Below are positions 1-8,340 of a DNA stretch of 32,000 nt, in pieces. Both the position numbers and the translations under genes were made by a program. Position 1 is the first letter of the stretch; each line of letters starts with the position of its first letter. The stretch is from Candidatus Saccharimonadota bacterium (lineage in GTDB: Bacteria; Patescibacteriota; Saccharimonadia; Saccharimonadales; Saccharimonadaceae): NCBI GenBank assembly GCA_001029695.1, contig CP011211.1, positions 120,001 to 152,000 on the forward strand, in the 5' to 3' direction. The notes beneath the pieces were generated by a model. The model did no database searches and was not told the origin of the DNA. It saw only the letters and a program-made list of their open reading frames with translations.

Positions 1-87
1 TAACGCAAGACTAACGATTCCCCACGCAATGTGATGCACGTACACAGAAGCAAGTGACGGCCGCTTCAGCTTTTTTCTAACTTTCAT
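1..87 (-). CDS. hypothetical protein, 5' end only (runs off the window edge)
   Basis: The reverse-complement ATG at 85-87 opens a frame that stays open to position 1: MKVRKKLKRPSLASVYVHHIAWGIVSLAL. This is a basic N-terminus followed by a hydrophobic run, signal/TM-like. A TGATATGAT extended -10-like box lies at 95-103, 7 nt upstream. The ORF is too short for the supplied track and its product is unknown. Confidence 0.3.
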   Translation of the reverse strand, partial: MKVRKKLKRPSLASVYVHHIAWGIVSLAL

Positions 88-102
88 TTATCTTATCATA
101 TC

Positions 103-133
103 AAAAAATCCCTCTACTGGAGAGGGATTTTTC
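103..133 (-). terminator. rho-independent terminator after rplA (symmetrical, could act in both directions)
   Basis: The minus strand reads ATCCCTCT-CCAGT-AGAGGGAT (108-128), then a U-run (rc of the A-run at 103-108). It lies about 20 nt after the rplA stop. A T-run is also present on the plus side. Confidence 0.6.
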
Positions 134-152
134 GGTAAGGTGTAAACGAGTC

Positions 153-1130
153 TTAGTTGACGACGTTTTCAACTTTGATGCCAGGACCTTGTGTTGTGCT
201 GATGCTTGTCGAACGAACATACGCACCTTTGATGCTACCTGGTTTTTGTGACTGAAGGCTGCTAAAGAATGCCTGAGCGTTCTCTACGAGCTTCTCTGCG
301 CCAAATGATACCTTACCAACGCTTAGGTGCACGATAGCTTGCTTATCGACACGGTATTCAACTTTACCGGCTTTAGCTTCTGTAACTGCCTTTGCGACGT
401 CAGCTGCTACAGTACCGCTTTTTGGATTTGGCATGAGGCCGCGTGGTCCAAGAAGGCGGGCAAATTTACCAAGCTTTGGCATGTACTGAGGTGTTGCAAC
501 GAGTGTGTCGAAGTTGATCTCGCCATTGCCGAGCTGCTTGATGATCTCTTCGTCTCCGACGATGTCTGCACCTGCTTTTTTAGCGGCAGCGTGCTCTGAT
601 TCTGGAGCGAATACTGCAACACGGACAGTCTTACCAGTACCGTTTGGTAGTGAAACTGTTGCGCGAATGTTTTGATCTGCCTGACGAGGGTCTACACCAA
701 GACGTACGTGAATTTCAACGCTTGCGTCAAACTTTGCAGGATTTGTCTTAGTTGCGATCTCAAGTGCTTCAGCAAGTGAATATACCTTGTCGGATTCAAC
801 GTGCTTTGCAACTGCCTGGTATGCCTTGCCGCGACGTTCGATACGTGGACGAACAACTGGCTTTGGTCCTTTTGCTGTGCTTGCTTCTACGTCATCAGAC
901 TGAGGTGCTGTATCACCAGCTTCTTTACGTGCTTCTTTTTCTGCTTTTTCTTCAGCTTCAGCAAGAGCTTTTTCGCTTCGCTTGCCAGCTTTTGCAACAG
1001 TTTTTTCCTGAGTTGGAGCACTAACGCCAGCTTCTGCAATAGCAGCTTCGATCTCGGCGATAGTATTTTTATCAGTTACTTCGAGCTTTAGCTCTGCAGC
1101 CTTTTCTAATAGGTCAGCTTTTTTAGCCAT
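153..1130 (-). CDS. rplA: 50S ribosomal protein L1 with an N-terminal extension of about 100 aa
   Basis: This is track ORF 153-1187, with the start placed at ATG 1128-1130 (MAKKADLL...). The C-terminal ~230 aa carry L1 hallmarks: [38 protein letters not shown] and [13 protein letters not shown]. It sits in the secE-nusG-rplK-rplA neighbourhood. Confidence 0.9.
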   Translation of the reverse strand: MAKKADLLEKAAELKLEVTDKNTIAEIEAAIAEAGVSAPTQEKTVAKAGKRSEKALAEAEEKAEKEARKEAGDTAPQSDDVEASTAKGPKPVVRPRIERRGKAYQAVAKHVESDKVYSLAEALEIATKTNPAKFDASVEIHVRLGVDPRQADQNIRATVSLPNGTGKTVRVAVFAPESEHAAAKKAGADIVGDEEIIKQLGNGEINFDTLVATPQYMPKLGKFARLLGPRGLMPNPKSGTVAADVAKAVTEAKAGKVEYRVDKQAIVHLSVGKVSFGAEKLVENAQAFFSSLQSQKPGSIKGAYVRSTSISTTQGPGIKVENVVN

Positions 1131-1205
1131 GGTTTTAGTAAAACCCTTTCTGTGGTGCAATCGATAGTTTTTGCTATCTCCCAACATTGATTTGTTTATC
1201 TTTTC

Positions 1206-1214
1206 ATTATAGCA
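1206..1214 (-). promoter_or_regulatory. extended -10 box TGCTATAAT, candidate rplA promoter
   Basis: The reverse complement of 1206-1214 is TGCTATAAT. It lies just downstream of the 1242-1265 terminator and about 75 nt upstream of the rplA ATG. No good -35 element is present. Confidence 0.4.
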
Positions 1215-1241
1215 TATTTTATTCTATTTTAAAAGGGTAAA

Positions 1242-1265
1242 GCCCCCGAGATTTCTCTCGGGGGC
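1242..1265 (-). terminator. terminator hairpin after the metallopeptidase gene
   Basis: GCCCCCGAGA-nnnn-TCTCGGGGGC forms a 10-bp GC-rich stem, 23 nt after the stop at 1288. On the minus strand it is followed by TTTACCCTTTT. Confidence 0.55.
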
Positions 1266-1287
1266 AAGGGGGTTGGAAGTTATGAAA

Positions 1288-2016
1288 TCATTTCTCTCCA
1301 GTTGCAATCTGCTTGCACGTTTCGAGAGTGGGATCTTTCTCTCCGGCTATGAGGGAGACCATTCTCTGGTCGGCATTGCCGTGGATGTAGCTGGGATCAT
1401 CAGTTGAAATCGCCATGAGTGTATCATAGGCGTATCTGATATTTTCGGGAGAGTAGCCTACTTCCTTGAAGATAGCTCCCATGACGCAGTCTGCCGCTAG
1501 CTCATAGTTGTGTGCCGAGAGAGTGGTGGTTGCAAGCTGTTGCGATAGCCAGTGATGACCCCATTCGTGCTTGAGACCAAGCTTGGCTGTCATGCCGTTA
1601 TCGCCACGATCGTAAAAGCTCTGCAGCTGTTTCTCTCCGATATATATCGAGCTATCTGGAGGGCAGTAGAAAAAACTTTCACTGTCTGCGACAGATTTTT
1701 TACCATCGCTGTAGCACGGCGTGTTTACATCTTGCCCCTCCTTGATCAAATACCAAAGGGGCTTAGATATCTCAGGTAGTCTCGCTGCATACGTTTGTGG
1801 AATACCGACGTCACTGATGAAGTTTTGAAGAATTGTCTCATTTTCGTAGCAGTTTTCGCTCTTCGGGCATGGTGTGCAGATGTTGTCTTCGGTCTTGCTG
1901 TACTGCTTAGCGCAGTTACCGGTATTTGCACCAGAGAGCGAAAGATCTTCGAGTGGGCCGCAGCCTATAGCTAATAGACTAAGCGCGCACACTATAAGGA
2001 CTAGTCGCTTTTTCAT
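1288..2016 (-). CDS. lipoprotein, YpfJ-like putative neutral zinc metallopeptidase
   Basis: The start was moved to ATG 2014-2016, which has purine-rich GGAAGAGGA directly upstream. MKKRLVLIVCALSLLAIGC is a lipoprotein signal peptide with a lipobox Cys. FFYCPPDSSIYIG...KHEWGHHW (HExxH)...ELAADCVMG matches the YpfJ/PF04228 pattern as I recall it. Confidence 0.75.
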   Translation of the reverse strand: MKKRLVLIVCALSLLAIGCGPLEDLSLSGANTGNCAKQYSKTEDNICTPCPKSENCYENETILQNFISDVGIPQTYAARLPEISKPLWYLIKEGQDVNTPCYSDGKKSVADSESFFYCPPDSSIYIGEKQLQSFYDRGDNGMTAKLGLKHEWGHHWLSQQLATTTLSAHNYELAADCVMGAIFKEVGYSPENIRYAYDTLMAISTDDPSYIHGNADQRMVSLIAGEKDPTLETCKQIATGEK

Positions 2017-2070
2017 AGTTCCTCTTCCGTTAAGGTTCGTGCACTCTGATAAAGCGCAATGTTGAAGCAT

Positions 2071-2099
2071 ATTATATCAGAAAACTATATAAAATTCAA
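2071..2099 (-). promoter_or_regulatory. promoter TTGAAT-17 nt-(TGa)TATAAT for the metallopeptidase gene
   Basis: The minus strand has TTGAAT (2099-2094), a 17-nt spacer, and TGATATAAT (2079-2071). It lies between the rplK terminator and the lipoprotein gene. Confidence 0.55.
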
Positions 2100-2104
2100 G
2101 CACA

Positions 2105-2137
2105 TAAAAAACATCCTCACGAGGAGGATGCTTTTTT
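2105..2137 (-). terminator. rho-independent terminator after rplK (symmetrical)
   Basis: CATCCTC (2112-2118), a 5-nt loop and GAGGATG (2124-2130) are flanked by an A-run (2106-2111) and a T-run (2132-2137). It lies 25 nt after the rplK stop. Confidence 0.6.
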
Positions 2138-2155
2138 ATGTAAGTATGGAGGCTA

Positions 2156-2581
2156 CTAGCCTTCAACCTCAACGCCCATAGAGCGAGCAGTGCCAGCGAT
2201 AGTTTTTACACGAGCGTCCATATCATTTCCGTTGAGGAAATCCTTTTTCGCTTCTGCAATAACTTCGAGCTGAGCACGAGTGATTTTGCCGACTTTTTCA
2301 GAGTGTGGCTTGCCACTACCCTTTTTGATGCCAACAGCTTCACGGATAGCATCGTCAACTGGCTGTCCAAGAGACTTCCATGTAAACGTACGATCTTCGA
2401 AGACCTGAATGTGAACGATGACATCTTTGCCCATGTCTGCTTTTGTTGCATCGTTAAATGGGTTGATGAAATCCATCATGTTAAGACCCCATTGACCAAG
2501 TGTAGAACCTACTGGAGGACCTGCAGTTGCACGGCCAGCTGGGATACGGAGTTTGAGGTTACCGATAATTTTCTTTGCCAT
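2156..2581 (-). CDS. rplK: 50S ribosomal protein L11
   Basis: The protein is 141 aa and begins MAKKIIGNLKLRIPAGRATAGPPVGSTLGQWGLNMMDF..., the canonical L11 N-terminal domain. AAAGGAAA lies upstream. Confidence 0.95.
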   Translation of the reverse strand: MAKKIIGNLKLRIPAGRATAGPPVGSTLGQWGLNMMDFINPFNDATKADMGKDVIVHIQVFEDRTFTWKSLGQPVDDAIREAVGIKKGSGKPHSEKVGKITRAQLEVIAEAKKDFLNGNDMDARVKTIAGTARSMGVEVEG

Positions 2582-2633
2582 AATACTGTATTTCCTTTTT
2601 GTACTAAATAATTTGAAGCATATTTAGTGCGTA

Positions 2634-2642
2634 ACTATATCA
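2634..2642 (-). promoter_or_regulatory. extended -10 box TGATATAGT, candidate rplK promoter
   Basis: The reverse complement of 2634-2642 is TGATATAGT, about 50 nt upstream of the rplK ATG. An overlapping alternative is TTGAAT (2670-2665)-17 nt-TAAAGT (2647-2642). Confidence 0.4.
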
Positions 2643-2671
2643 CTTTAACAGATTATGTACATGTATTCAAG

Positions 2672-3061
2672 CTATCTACTGCGTAGGTGGCGTTCAAGAA
2701 AATATGTAAATATCTGAGCATCGATTTCATCAAAACTGTCGAGCGAGTTTTCGACTTCTATGATGCTACGTGTTTGTTTGGCGAAATTTCGAACGATCTT
2801 CTGTCCTATATGCGGGGTGGCTACGTACGCGTGCATTAGGCCAAACTCACCTAAGTAACGCTGTATTTTTATTGTCGGCAGCTCGGAAGGGTTGTTCGGC
2901 AGAGCATCTTCGAGTGCCGCGTACGCTTTAAGTTGATCATGATCAAAGGTAAGCTCTTCTGAGAATGTAAGACGATGATCCGCAGTGTTGGGTGTCACTA
3001 TATCCTGGCCTCTTGGATGGAGTAAAAGAGTTCGTGTTTCGATAGTGTTAACATTTGTCAT
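2672..3061 (-). CDS. hypothetical protein (129 aa), no domain recognised
   Basis: This is an intact ORF with AGGA 7 nt before the ATG. It is wedged between the nusG terminator and the rplK promoter. I recognise no motif (MTNVNTIETRTLLLHPRGQDIV...). Confidence 0.5.
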   Translation of the reverse strand: MTNVNTIETRTLLLHPRGQDIVTPNTADHRLTFSEELTFDHDQLKAYAALEDALPNNPSELPTIKIQRYLGEFGLMHAYVATPHIGQKIVRNFAKQTRSIIEVENSLDSFDEIDAQIFTYFLERHLRSR

Positions 3062-3073
3062 ATTTCAATCCTA

Positions 3074-3102
3074 TAAAAAAGAAGTCCGGATTTCCGGACT
3101 TC
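3074..3102 (-). terminator. rho-independent terminator after nusG
   Basis: GAAGTCCGGA (3081-3090) and TCCGGACTTC (3093-3102) form a near-perfect stem. On the minus strand it is followed by TTTTTTAT (rc of 3073-3080). It lies 12 nt after the nusG stop. Confidence 0.7.
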
Positions 3103-3113
3103 TCAATAACTAT

Positions 3114-3659
3114 TTAAACTTTCTTTACCTGCAATGCATCAAGCTCGACTGGAGTGTCGCGGCCAAACATGCTAACCATGACCTTGATCTTACCCTTTTG
3201 CGTATCGATTTCGCTGATTGCGCCATCAAAGCCTTTGAATGGACCATCGGTAATAGACACAACTTCACCCTCTGAGTAGTCAATGTGGTGTTTCGGATCT
3301 TCGACGCCCATACGCTTCTTGATCTTACTGATTTCACTTTCACTCACAGGGGTTGGCGTAGTGTCAGCACCAACGAAGCCAGTCACGCCTGGTGTGTTTC
3401 GAACGATATACCATGTTTCGTCAGTAAGCTTCATTTCTACAAGGGCATACCCTTGGAAGATCTTCGCTTCGATGACTTTTCGCTTACCGTTCTTGATCTG
3501 GATCTGCTTTTCTTTCGGTACCATCACATCGAAGATCTTGTCGGCCATATCAACGGCATTGATTCGCTGACGGATGCTGTCGGCTACTTTTTCTTCGTAT
3601 CCACTATAGGTGTGAATTGCGTACCATTGACGTGTACCATCGTATCGGTTTTTTGACAT
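3114..3659 (-). CDS. nusG: transcription termination/antitermination factor NusG
   Basis: The protein is 181 aa. WYAIHTYSGYEEKV marks the NGN domain and the C-terminus GEVVSITDGPFKGFDGAISEID is KOW-like. It directly follows secE. Confidence 0.95.
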   Translation of the reverse strand: MSKNRYDGTRQWYAIHTYSGYEEKVADSIRQRINAVDMADKIFDVMVPKEKQIQIKNGKRKVIEAKIFQGYALVEMKLTDETWYIVRNTPGVTGFVGADTTPTPVSESEISKIKKRMGVEDPKHHIDYSEGEVVSITDGPFKGFDGAISEIDTQKGKIKVMVSMFGRDTPVELDALQVKKV

Positions 3660-3677
3660 CTATAATTATCCTTTTGC

Positions 3678-4055
3678 TTACTTTAAAATCAATTCAAATA
3701 TGTACTTAAACCCAGCGTCGAGTAGGAGCACGAGAAGTGCGAAAAATGCCGTGTATAGCAATACCGCTCCAGTGAGACTCCACGTTGCTTTTCGGGTAGG
3801 CCAGCGAACTTGCTTTAGCTCGAACCACGCCCCTTTAAAGTATCCGCCGATCGCAACGAATGGTCGTGCGATACCCTTTGCAGACGGCTTCTTGCGGGTC
3901 TTTTTTTGTTTTTCATCGACGGTTTCGTCTTTTTTGGCTACTTTTTTCTTTGGTGCTTTTGAAATAGCGGCAGATGTATCGTCGATCGCTTTGATACGAA
4001 CGACAGTACTCTCGTCAGCTTTCTTGGCTGTGCTGGCCTTCTTTTTTTGAACCAC
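3678..4055 (-). CDS. secE: preprotein translocase subunit SecE with a lysine-rich N-terminal extension
   Basis: The C-terminus VRWPTRKATWSLTGAVLLYTAFFALLVLLLDAGF is the SecE TM segment. I place the start at GTG 4053-4055 because GGGAG lies 8 nt upstream. The track ORF extends to 4121 and would then overlap the divergent GT2 start. Confidence 0.75.
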   Translation of the reverse strand: MVQKKKASTAKKADESTVVRIKAIDDTSAAISKAPKKKVAKKDETVDEKQKKTRKKPSAKGIARPFVAIGGYFKGAWFELKQVRWPTRKATWSLTGAVLLYTAFFALLVLLLDAGFKYIFELILK

Positions 4056-4119
4056 TACTAGTACTCCCAACTTAAAAAGTCTGCTTAGGCAGACTGTCAA
4101 ATAACAGTATAGTAATATC

Positions 4120-5280
4120 ATGAAGCTTCGTCAAGCCGTGGTACTATTTATAGGTATGGCTATGCTTATTATTTATGTGCTCGTAGGAATAGTAACGATT
4201 GCGGCGGGCGTAAAGCTTCATAAGATGTTTCGGCTTTTTACATTGCCCCAATCATGGCAGTTCAAAGAGCTGCCTATAGATGAGTTGCCGAGCGTGAGCC
4301 TGTGTATCCCCGCACGTAATGAAACACACGCTATGACTGAATGTCTTGAGCGTGCGCTATCGAGCACCTACCCTAAGCTTGAGATTATCGTGCTCGATGA
4401 TGGATCACGCGATGATACGTCGATGCTTATTAAGTCGTTTGCGCACGCGGGTGTGCGGTTTGTTGAAGGGAAGCCACTACCTCAGGATTGGCTTGGTAAG
4501 AATTATGCTTTGCACAATCTTGCTCGTGAAGCGAGTGGAACGTTTCTTTTGTTTGCCGATGTTGATACAAGATTTAAGCCGCAGTCGATAAGTAGGATTG
4601 TCGACTACACATTACGCGAGAAAGTTGACATGACTTCAATTTTGCCACTTCGTGCTGACGGGCATCGGCTCAGCGTGCTGTTTGCGACGCTACGTCAATT
4701 TTGGAGTATCGTATTTCATGCATCCACTCACCCTGCCGTAGCTAGTAACGCATGGCTTGTGCGGCGTTCTGTCGTTATTGAGAAAATGAACTCACTTGAA
4801 GAGGTGCGACTTGCGATTCGCCCTGAAGTACTTGTTGCGAAGCATCTCTCGTCGACAAAATCATATCGCTTTTTGATTAGCTCGGTATTGCTTGGCGTGA
4901 GCTATGAGAAAAAGTGGAGCTCTCAGGTCGAAACTTCTCTACGCTTGGCTTTTCCGCTTCTAGGTTGCAGTCTCTTATGGAGCATGCTTGTGGCGGTGGG
5001 ACTTGCTTGTATGGTGGTGCCGTTCGCGGGCATGCTCACTGCTTTACTCGATCAAGACGTGGGTCTTTTTGGCATTTCAGTGCTCTTGGTTGTCTCTGAA
5101 CTGGCAGTGTACGGCTACTACCTGTCTCACATATGGCAACGTGGTTGGACAGCAGGACTCTTCTTGCTGCCGATCATACTCCTCCAAGAAGCGAGCCTGG
5201 TCGTTATCAGTGCGTATCTTTATGTACGAGGGAGAGTTACCTGGAAGGGCCGTGCAATCCGTAACGTGACAGCTCGATAG
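4120..5280 (+). CDS. membrane-bound family 2 glycosyltransferase
   Basis: The protein has an N-terminal TM helix. SVSLCIPARNETHAMTECLERALSSTYPKLEIIVLDDGSRDDT is a GT2 signature, followed by FADVD. The C-terminal third is multi-TM. TATAGT lies 6 nt before the ATG. Confidence 0.85.
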   Translation: MKLRQAVVLFIGMAMLIIYVLVGIVTIAAGVKLHKMFRLFTLPQSWQFKELPIDELPSVSLCIPARNETHAMTECLERALSSTYPKLEIIVLDDGSRDDTSMLIKSFAHAGVRFVEGKPLPQDWLGKNYALHNLAREASGTFLLFADVDTRFKPQSISRIVDYTLREKVDMTSILPLRADGHRLSVLFATLRQFWSIVFHASTHPAVASNAWLVRRSVVIEKMNSLEEVRLAIRPEVLVAKHLSSTKSYRFLISSVLLGVSYEKKWSSQVETSLRLAFPLLGCSLLWSMLVAVGLACMVVPFAGMLTALLDQDVGLFGISVLLVVSELAVYGYYLSHIWQRGWTAGLFLLPIILLQEASLVVISAYLYVRGRVTWKGRAIRNVTAR

Positions 5281-5299
5281 AGCTAATCAAAAGTTCAGT

Positions 5300-6922
5300 T
5301 TATTTGGCGACCGGCAGAGTGACACTAAACTCTGAGCCGTGCTCATAGCGGCTCGTAACTTCGATCTTTGTATGTATCTTGTCGGCTAGTCTCGAAGCAA
5401 TATAAAGCCCGAGTCCGTTTCCGCCAGTTTCGCGCGTGCGGTAGTCTTCGCTACGGTAAAACTTATCAAATATCTTCGAGAGATCGGTCTTTGCGATGCC
5501 ATTGCCGGTATCTTTGACGCTGATCGTAATAGCTTGACCATTTTGCGCAGCACTTAGTGTGACGCTTCCTTCGGAGGTGTACTTAAATGCGTTTGAGATA
5601 AGCTTTTCCAGTATATCCGTAAGGTACAGGCGACTTGTCTGCACGCTTCCGATAGTAGGACTTCTGTCTATATTGAACTCCAAGTTTTTCTGAGATGCGA
5701 GACTTGTGTGTCTTTTGTAAAGTTCGTCGATAAGCTGCGTGACATCTATCGTCTCATTTATCTCACTGTCACTGCTCTCGGCTCTTGAAAGTGTTGTGAG
5801 GTCATTTACGATATGCGAAAGAGAGGTGATGTTCTCGTGTACTGAATGAAGAGACTTTTCGAGCACGACTGGTGTTAACTTTCCTTTTTCATTCATAAAG
5901 ATCGCATTGCCGATTGCCCCTTCGGCGATTGAAAGCGGTGTACGCAGCTCGTGACTGACAACACTAATAAATGACTCTCGCTCTTCTTCAAGTGATTTTT
6001 CTTTTGTAATATCTCTCAGAATCATAATATACCCACCCCCTACATCATCTGAGCCGGTGTAGGCGGTGTGAACTGGCGATATAATCACTTCGACGCGGAT
6101 TGTCTCCTCGCTGTAATGGTAGTAAAGATCATCGCGCATTGCCGAAGACGGGAGCTGGCGCGCGTATTCAATAACACTGACACTCCCACCTTCTTTATCG
6201 GTGAGTTTTACGACTTGATCAATTGATAGATTTTCGATGCCTGCGTGAGTATCTAGGAGTGCCAGCGAAGCTGCATTAAAGTGTTGAATAGTACCATTCT
6301 TGTCAAAACTGATGATGCTACTCGACATGCTATTGATAAGTGTTTCGAGTCGACCTCGCTCGGTGCGTTCCTTCTCTTCACTGAGCTTGAGATTTGCTTC
6401 TTTTTCGATCTGCGCCCGTGTCATGGATATAACAAATACTGATGCGCCTACAACGAGAAGTAGCGCCACGATATTATTGTAGAGCAGCTCTGCATTGATT
6501 GCGTGCGATTTGAATATAAAGTCTAGGCAGAAGGTAACGACGATGACAAGCAGCGATACATACATACCTTTTTCGCGAAATACCCTGTAGCTTTCGTAAA
6601 CGAGGATAAGCCAACATATAGCCAGGTAGGACGCAAAGCCGGTCACGAGGAGCGTATAGAGCATAAAGACGATCTCTGCGCCAAAGATGCGAATGACAAG
6701 TTGCAGTCTCGGGCGATTGGAAAGTGTGAGCGTTGCGAAACCAAGGATAGTGAAAAGCCCAAAGAAAATGAGCATAGTGTCAGTGAAAAAGCTGATGTTA
6801 AAAGGCAGCAGATCATATTTCATCGCAAGTCCAAAGAGGAGAGTAATAAGTGGAAGGATCGCACCTACCGAGCGAACAGCTATTTGTAGTTTTTTGTCTA
6901 CTTTGTTTTTTTCGCGTGACAT
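5300..6922 (-). CDS. membrane sensor histidine kinase (multi-TM, PAS-like, HisKA, HATPase_c)
   Basis: FISVVSHELRTPLSIAEG is the H-box and GNGLGLYIASRLADK the G2 box. The N-terminus has about 6 hydrophobic helices. The start is placed at ATG 6920-6922 (MSREKNK...) because the longer track ORF (to 7069) overlaps the upstream gene. Confidence 0.85.
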   Translation of the reverse strand: MSREKNKVDKKLQIAVRSVGAILPLITLLFGLAMKYDLLPFNISFFTDTMLIFFGLFTILGFATLTLSNRPRLQLVIRIFGAEIVFMLYTLLVTGFASYLAICWLILVYESYRVFREKGMYVSLLVIVVTFCLDFIFKSHAINAELLYNNIVALLLVVGASVFVISMTRAQIEKEANLKLSEEKERTERGRLETLINSMSSSIISFDKNGTIQHFNAASLALLDTHAGIENLSIDQVVKLTDKEGGSVSVIEYARQLPSSAMRDDLYYHYSEETIRVEVIISPVHTAYTGSDDVGGGYIMILRDITKEKSLEEERESFISVVSHELRTPLSIAEGAIGNAIFMNEKGKLTPVVLEKSLHSVHENITSLSHIVNDLTTLSRAESSDSEINETIDVTQLIDELYKRHTSLASQKNLEFNIDRSPTIGSVQTSRLYLTDILEKLISNAFKYTSEGSVTLSAAQNGQAITISVKDTGNGIAKTDLSKIFDKFYRSEDYRTRETGGNGLGLYIASRLADKIHTKIEVTSRYEHGSEFSVTLPVAK

Positions 6923-6954
6923 TCTGCTTGTGATTATACTACGAGCACTCAGGC

Positions 6955-7650
6955 TTAGATAGTCGGGGTGTGCGATTTTAGTGATGCACGGTGTAATTTG
7001 TAGTGTGGGTCCTCTGAGGCAACTAATTTCCAAAACTCTGTGGAATGATTCATCTGTTTTGTGTGGCAAAGCTCGTGGATTATCACGTAATCGATAAGCT
7101 CGTGTGGCAGTTTCATGAGGGCGATATTGAGACTGATCGTCCCAGAACTGCTACAACTTCCCCATCTTCCGCTTGCGTGGGAAAATCGAACACGCTCGTA
7201 GCGACAGTCTAGTTGGCTCGCAAGGTACGCTAAGCGTTTCGGTAAATAGCTTTTTGCCTCAATTCGGAGTGCTTGCATCGCGACTTCACGGATCTCTTTC
7301 TGTACTGCGTCCGTCTCAAGTGTGTCGCTGTTTGCGAGTTCGGCGATAATTTGTTGCTTGTGTCGGTAGATTCGCGTCACAGAGCCCGCAGCCGCACGGG
7401 CTATCAGTGTATGACTCTTGCCTATCTGCATACCCTGATGAAAATCATATACAGGTCGCTGACTTTCAAGCAGTGAGCGTATTTGTTCTCTTGAGCTTGA
7501 GAGCATGCGCTTGAGCGAGAAAAGCGGCGCATAAATAGGAAGTGACGCACGTAGTGTACCATTTGGTGCGACGCTAATGCGAATATGAGAAGCGCGCGAA
7601 CTTCGGCGAACAACGATAGTGCCAAATTCTTTATCTTCTATTGTCGCCAC
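6955..7650 (-). CDS. YgjP-like (DUF45/M48-type) zinc metallopeptidase
   Basis: GRWGSCSSSGTISLNIALMKLPHELIDYVIIHELCHTKQMNHSTEFWKLV matches the DUF45 HExxH core as I recall it. The start codon is GTG, 10 nt after the upstream gene's stop. Confidence 0.85.
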   Translation of the reverse strand: MATIEDKEFGTIVVRRSSRASHIRISVAPNGTLRASLPIYAPLFSLKRMLSSSREQIRSLLESQRPVYDFHQGMQIGKSHTLIARAAAGSVTRIYRHKQQIIAELANSDTLETDAVQKEIREVAMQALRIEAKSYLPKRLAYLASQLDCRYERVRFSHASGRWGSCSSSGTISLNIALMKLPHELIDYVIIHELCHTKQMNHSTEFWKLVASEDPHYKLHRASLKSHTPTI

Positions 7651-7660
7651 GGCATGCCTT

Positions 7661-8257
7661 TTACTTTATAGTGATTCTTCCGCTTGGCTTTTGAGGGACT
7701 GTACGCGGTGGAGGTGTCTGCGTACTTCGCTGCGGAGGTTGCGGTGTAGTTGCAGTAGCTCGAGGCGCTGCAAGTCGGCTTAGGACATGCTTTGCCTGCG
7801 TAGCAAACGTATGGCGGCCACTTATTACAGTGAACGGGTCAGATGAATTGAATAGCGAAAAGTTATGCAACTCTTGCTCGAACTGTTCGGCCGTTCGTGT
7901 GTTGAGGTGATGGGATTTCATGGCTCGCTGCTTTGCAATCATTGGATCGGTTTGGATCCAGACAAATAATGTAGCGTACCCTCGTTTTTGCGCTTGCGAC
8001 GAAAAGTATGATCGTTCGCTGCGAGTAGCGCCTCGTCCGTCGAGGATGATTGTCTGTTTCGTCTTGTAGAGCTGATCCATGAAGTGCTCGGTTATGTCAT
8101 CGACGTCTTCGAGTTGTCCTAGTTGACTGATCTTTGTCGGGCTAATGAGCGGCGCATTGAATGTGTCTGCAAATTGTTCGGCGAAAAATGTTTTTCCTGC
8201 GCCAGGAATGCCGACAACAACGAGAAGATGAGGCTTGGTGAGCTGCAGTGATTTCAT
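7661..8257 (-). CDS. P-loop NTPase/kinase-like protein (AAA_33-like) with a Pro-rich tail
   Basis: The Walker A motif is VVVGIPGAGKTFFAEQF and a Walker B-like stretch is TIILDG. The C-terminus TTPQPPQRSTQTPPPRTVPQKP is low complexity. TGCTATACT lies 9 nt before the ATG and there is no SD. Confidence 0.6.
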   Translation of the reverse strand: MKSLQLTKPHLLVVVGIPGAGKTFFAEQFADTFNAPLISPTKISQLGQLEDVDDITEHFMDQLYKTKQTIILDGRGATRSERSYFSSQAQKRGYATLFVWIQTDPMIAKQRAMKSHHLNTRTAEQFEQELHNFSLFNSSDPFTVISGRHTFATQAKHVLSRLAAPRATATTPQPPQRSTQTPPPRTVPQKPSGRITIK

Positions 8258-8340
8258 ATATAGCTAAGTATAGCAAATATGATAAATTCCGTCACATCAC
8301 TCTCGCATAAAGTGTAAACAATTTGTATACTCTATAGATA

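Noticed and set aside
327-1091. ORFs on the plus strand inside rplA (327-599, 752-1024, 801-1091) and the minus-strand frame-shifted ORF 407-622.
   Set aside because: They are antisense to, or out of frame with, a clearly recognisable L1 gene. Their products are low-complexity or Cys/Phe-rich and typical of non-coding frames. The same reasoning applies to most other short overlapping ORFs in the track. Examples are 1552-1779, 2206-2451, 3285-3656, 12589-13074, 16342-16584, 22183-22587, 22711-23097 and 29009-29332.
4056-4121. The longer SecE N-terminus (MILLYCYLTVCLSRLFKLGVLV...) starting at ATG 4121.
   Set aside because: It would overlap the divergent GT2 start and would read through a TTGACA plus palindrome plus T-run element. 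GTG 4055 has a GGGAG SD at proper spacing. This is not fully excluded, so the secE confidence is reduced.
6923-7069. The longer N-terminus of histidine kinase 1 (track ORF 5300-7069).
   Set aside because: The extra 49 codons overlap the 3' end of the DUF45 gene (stop at 6955). An internal ATG at 6922 is followed at once by the basic and TM N-terminus, and it has a TATAAT box 10 nt upstream.
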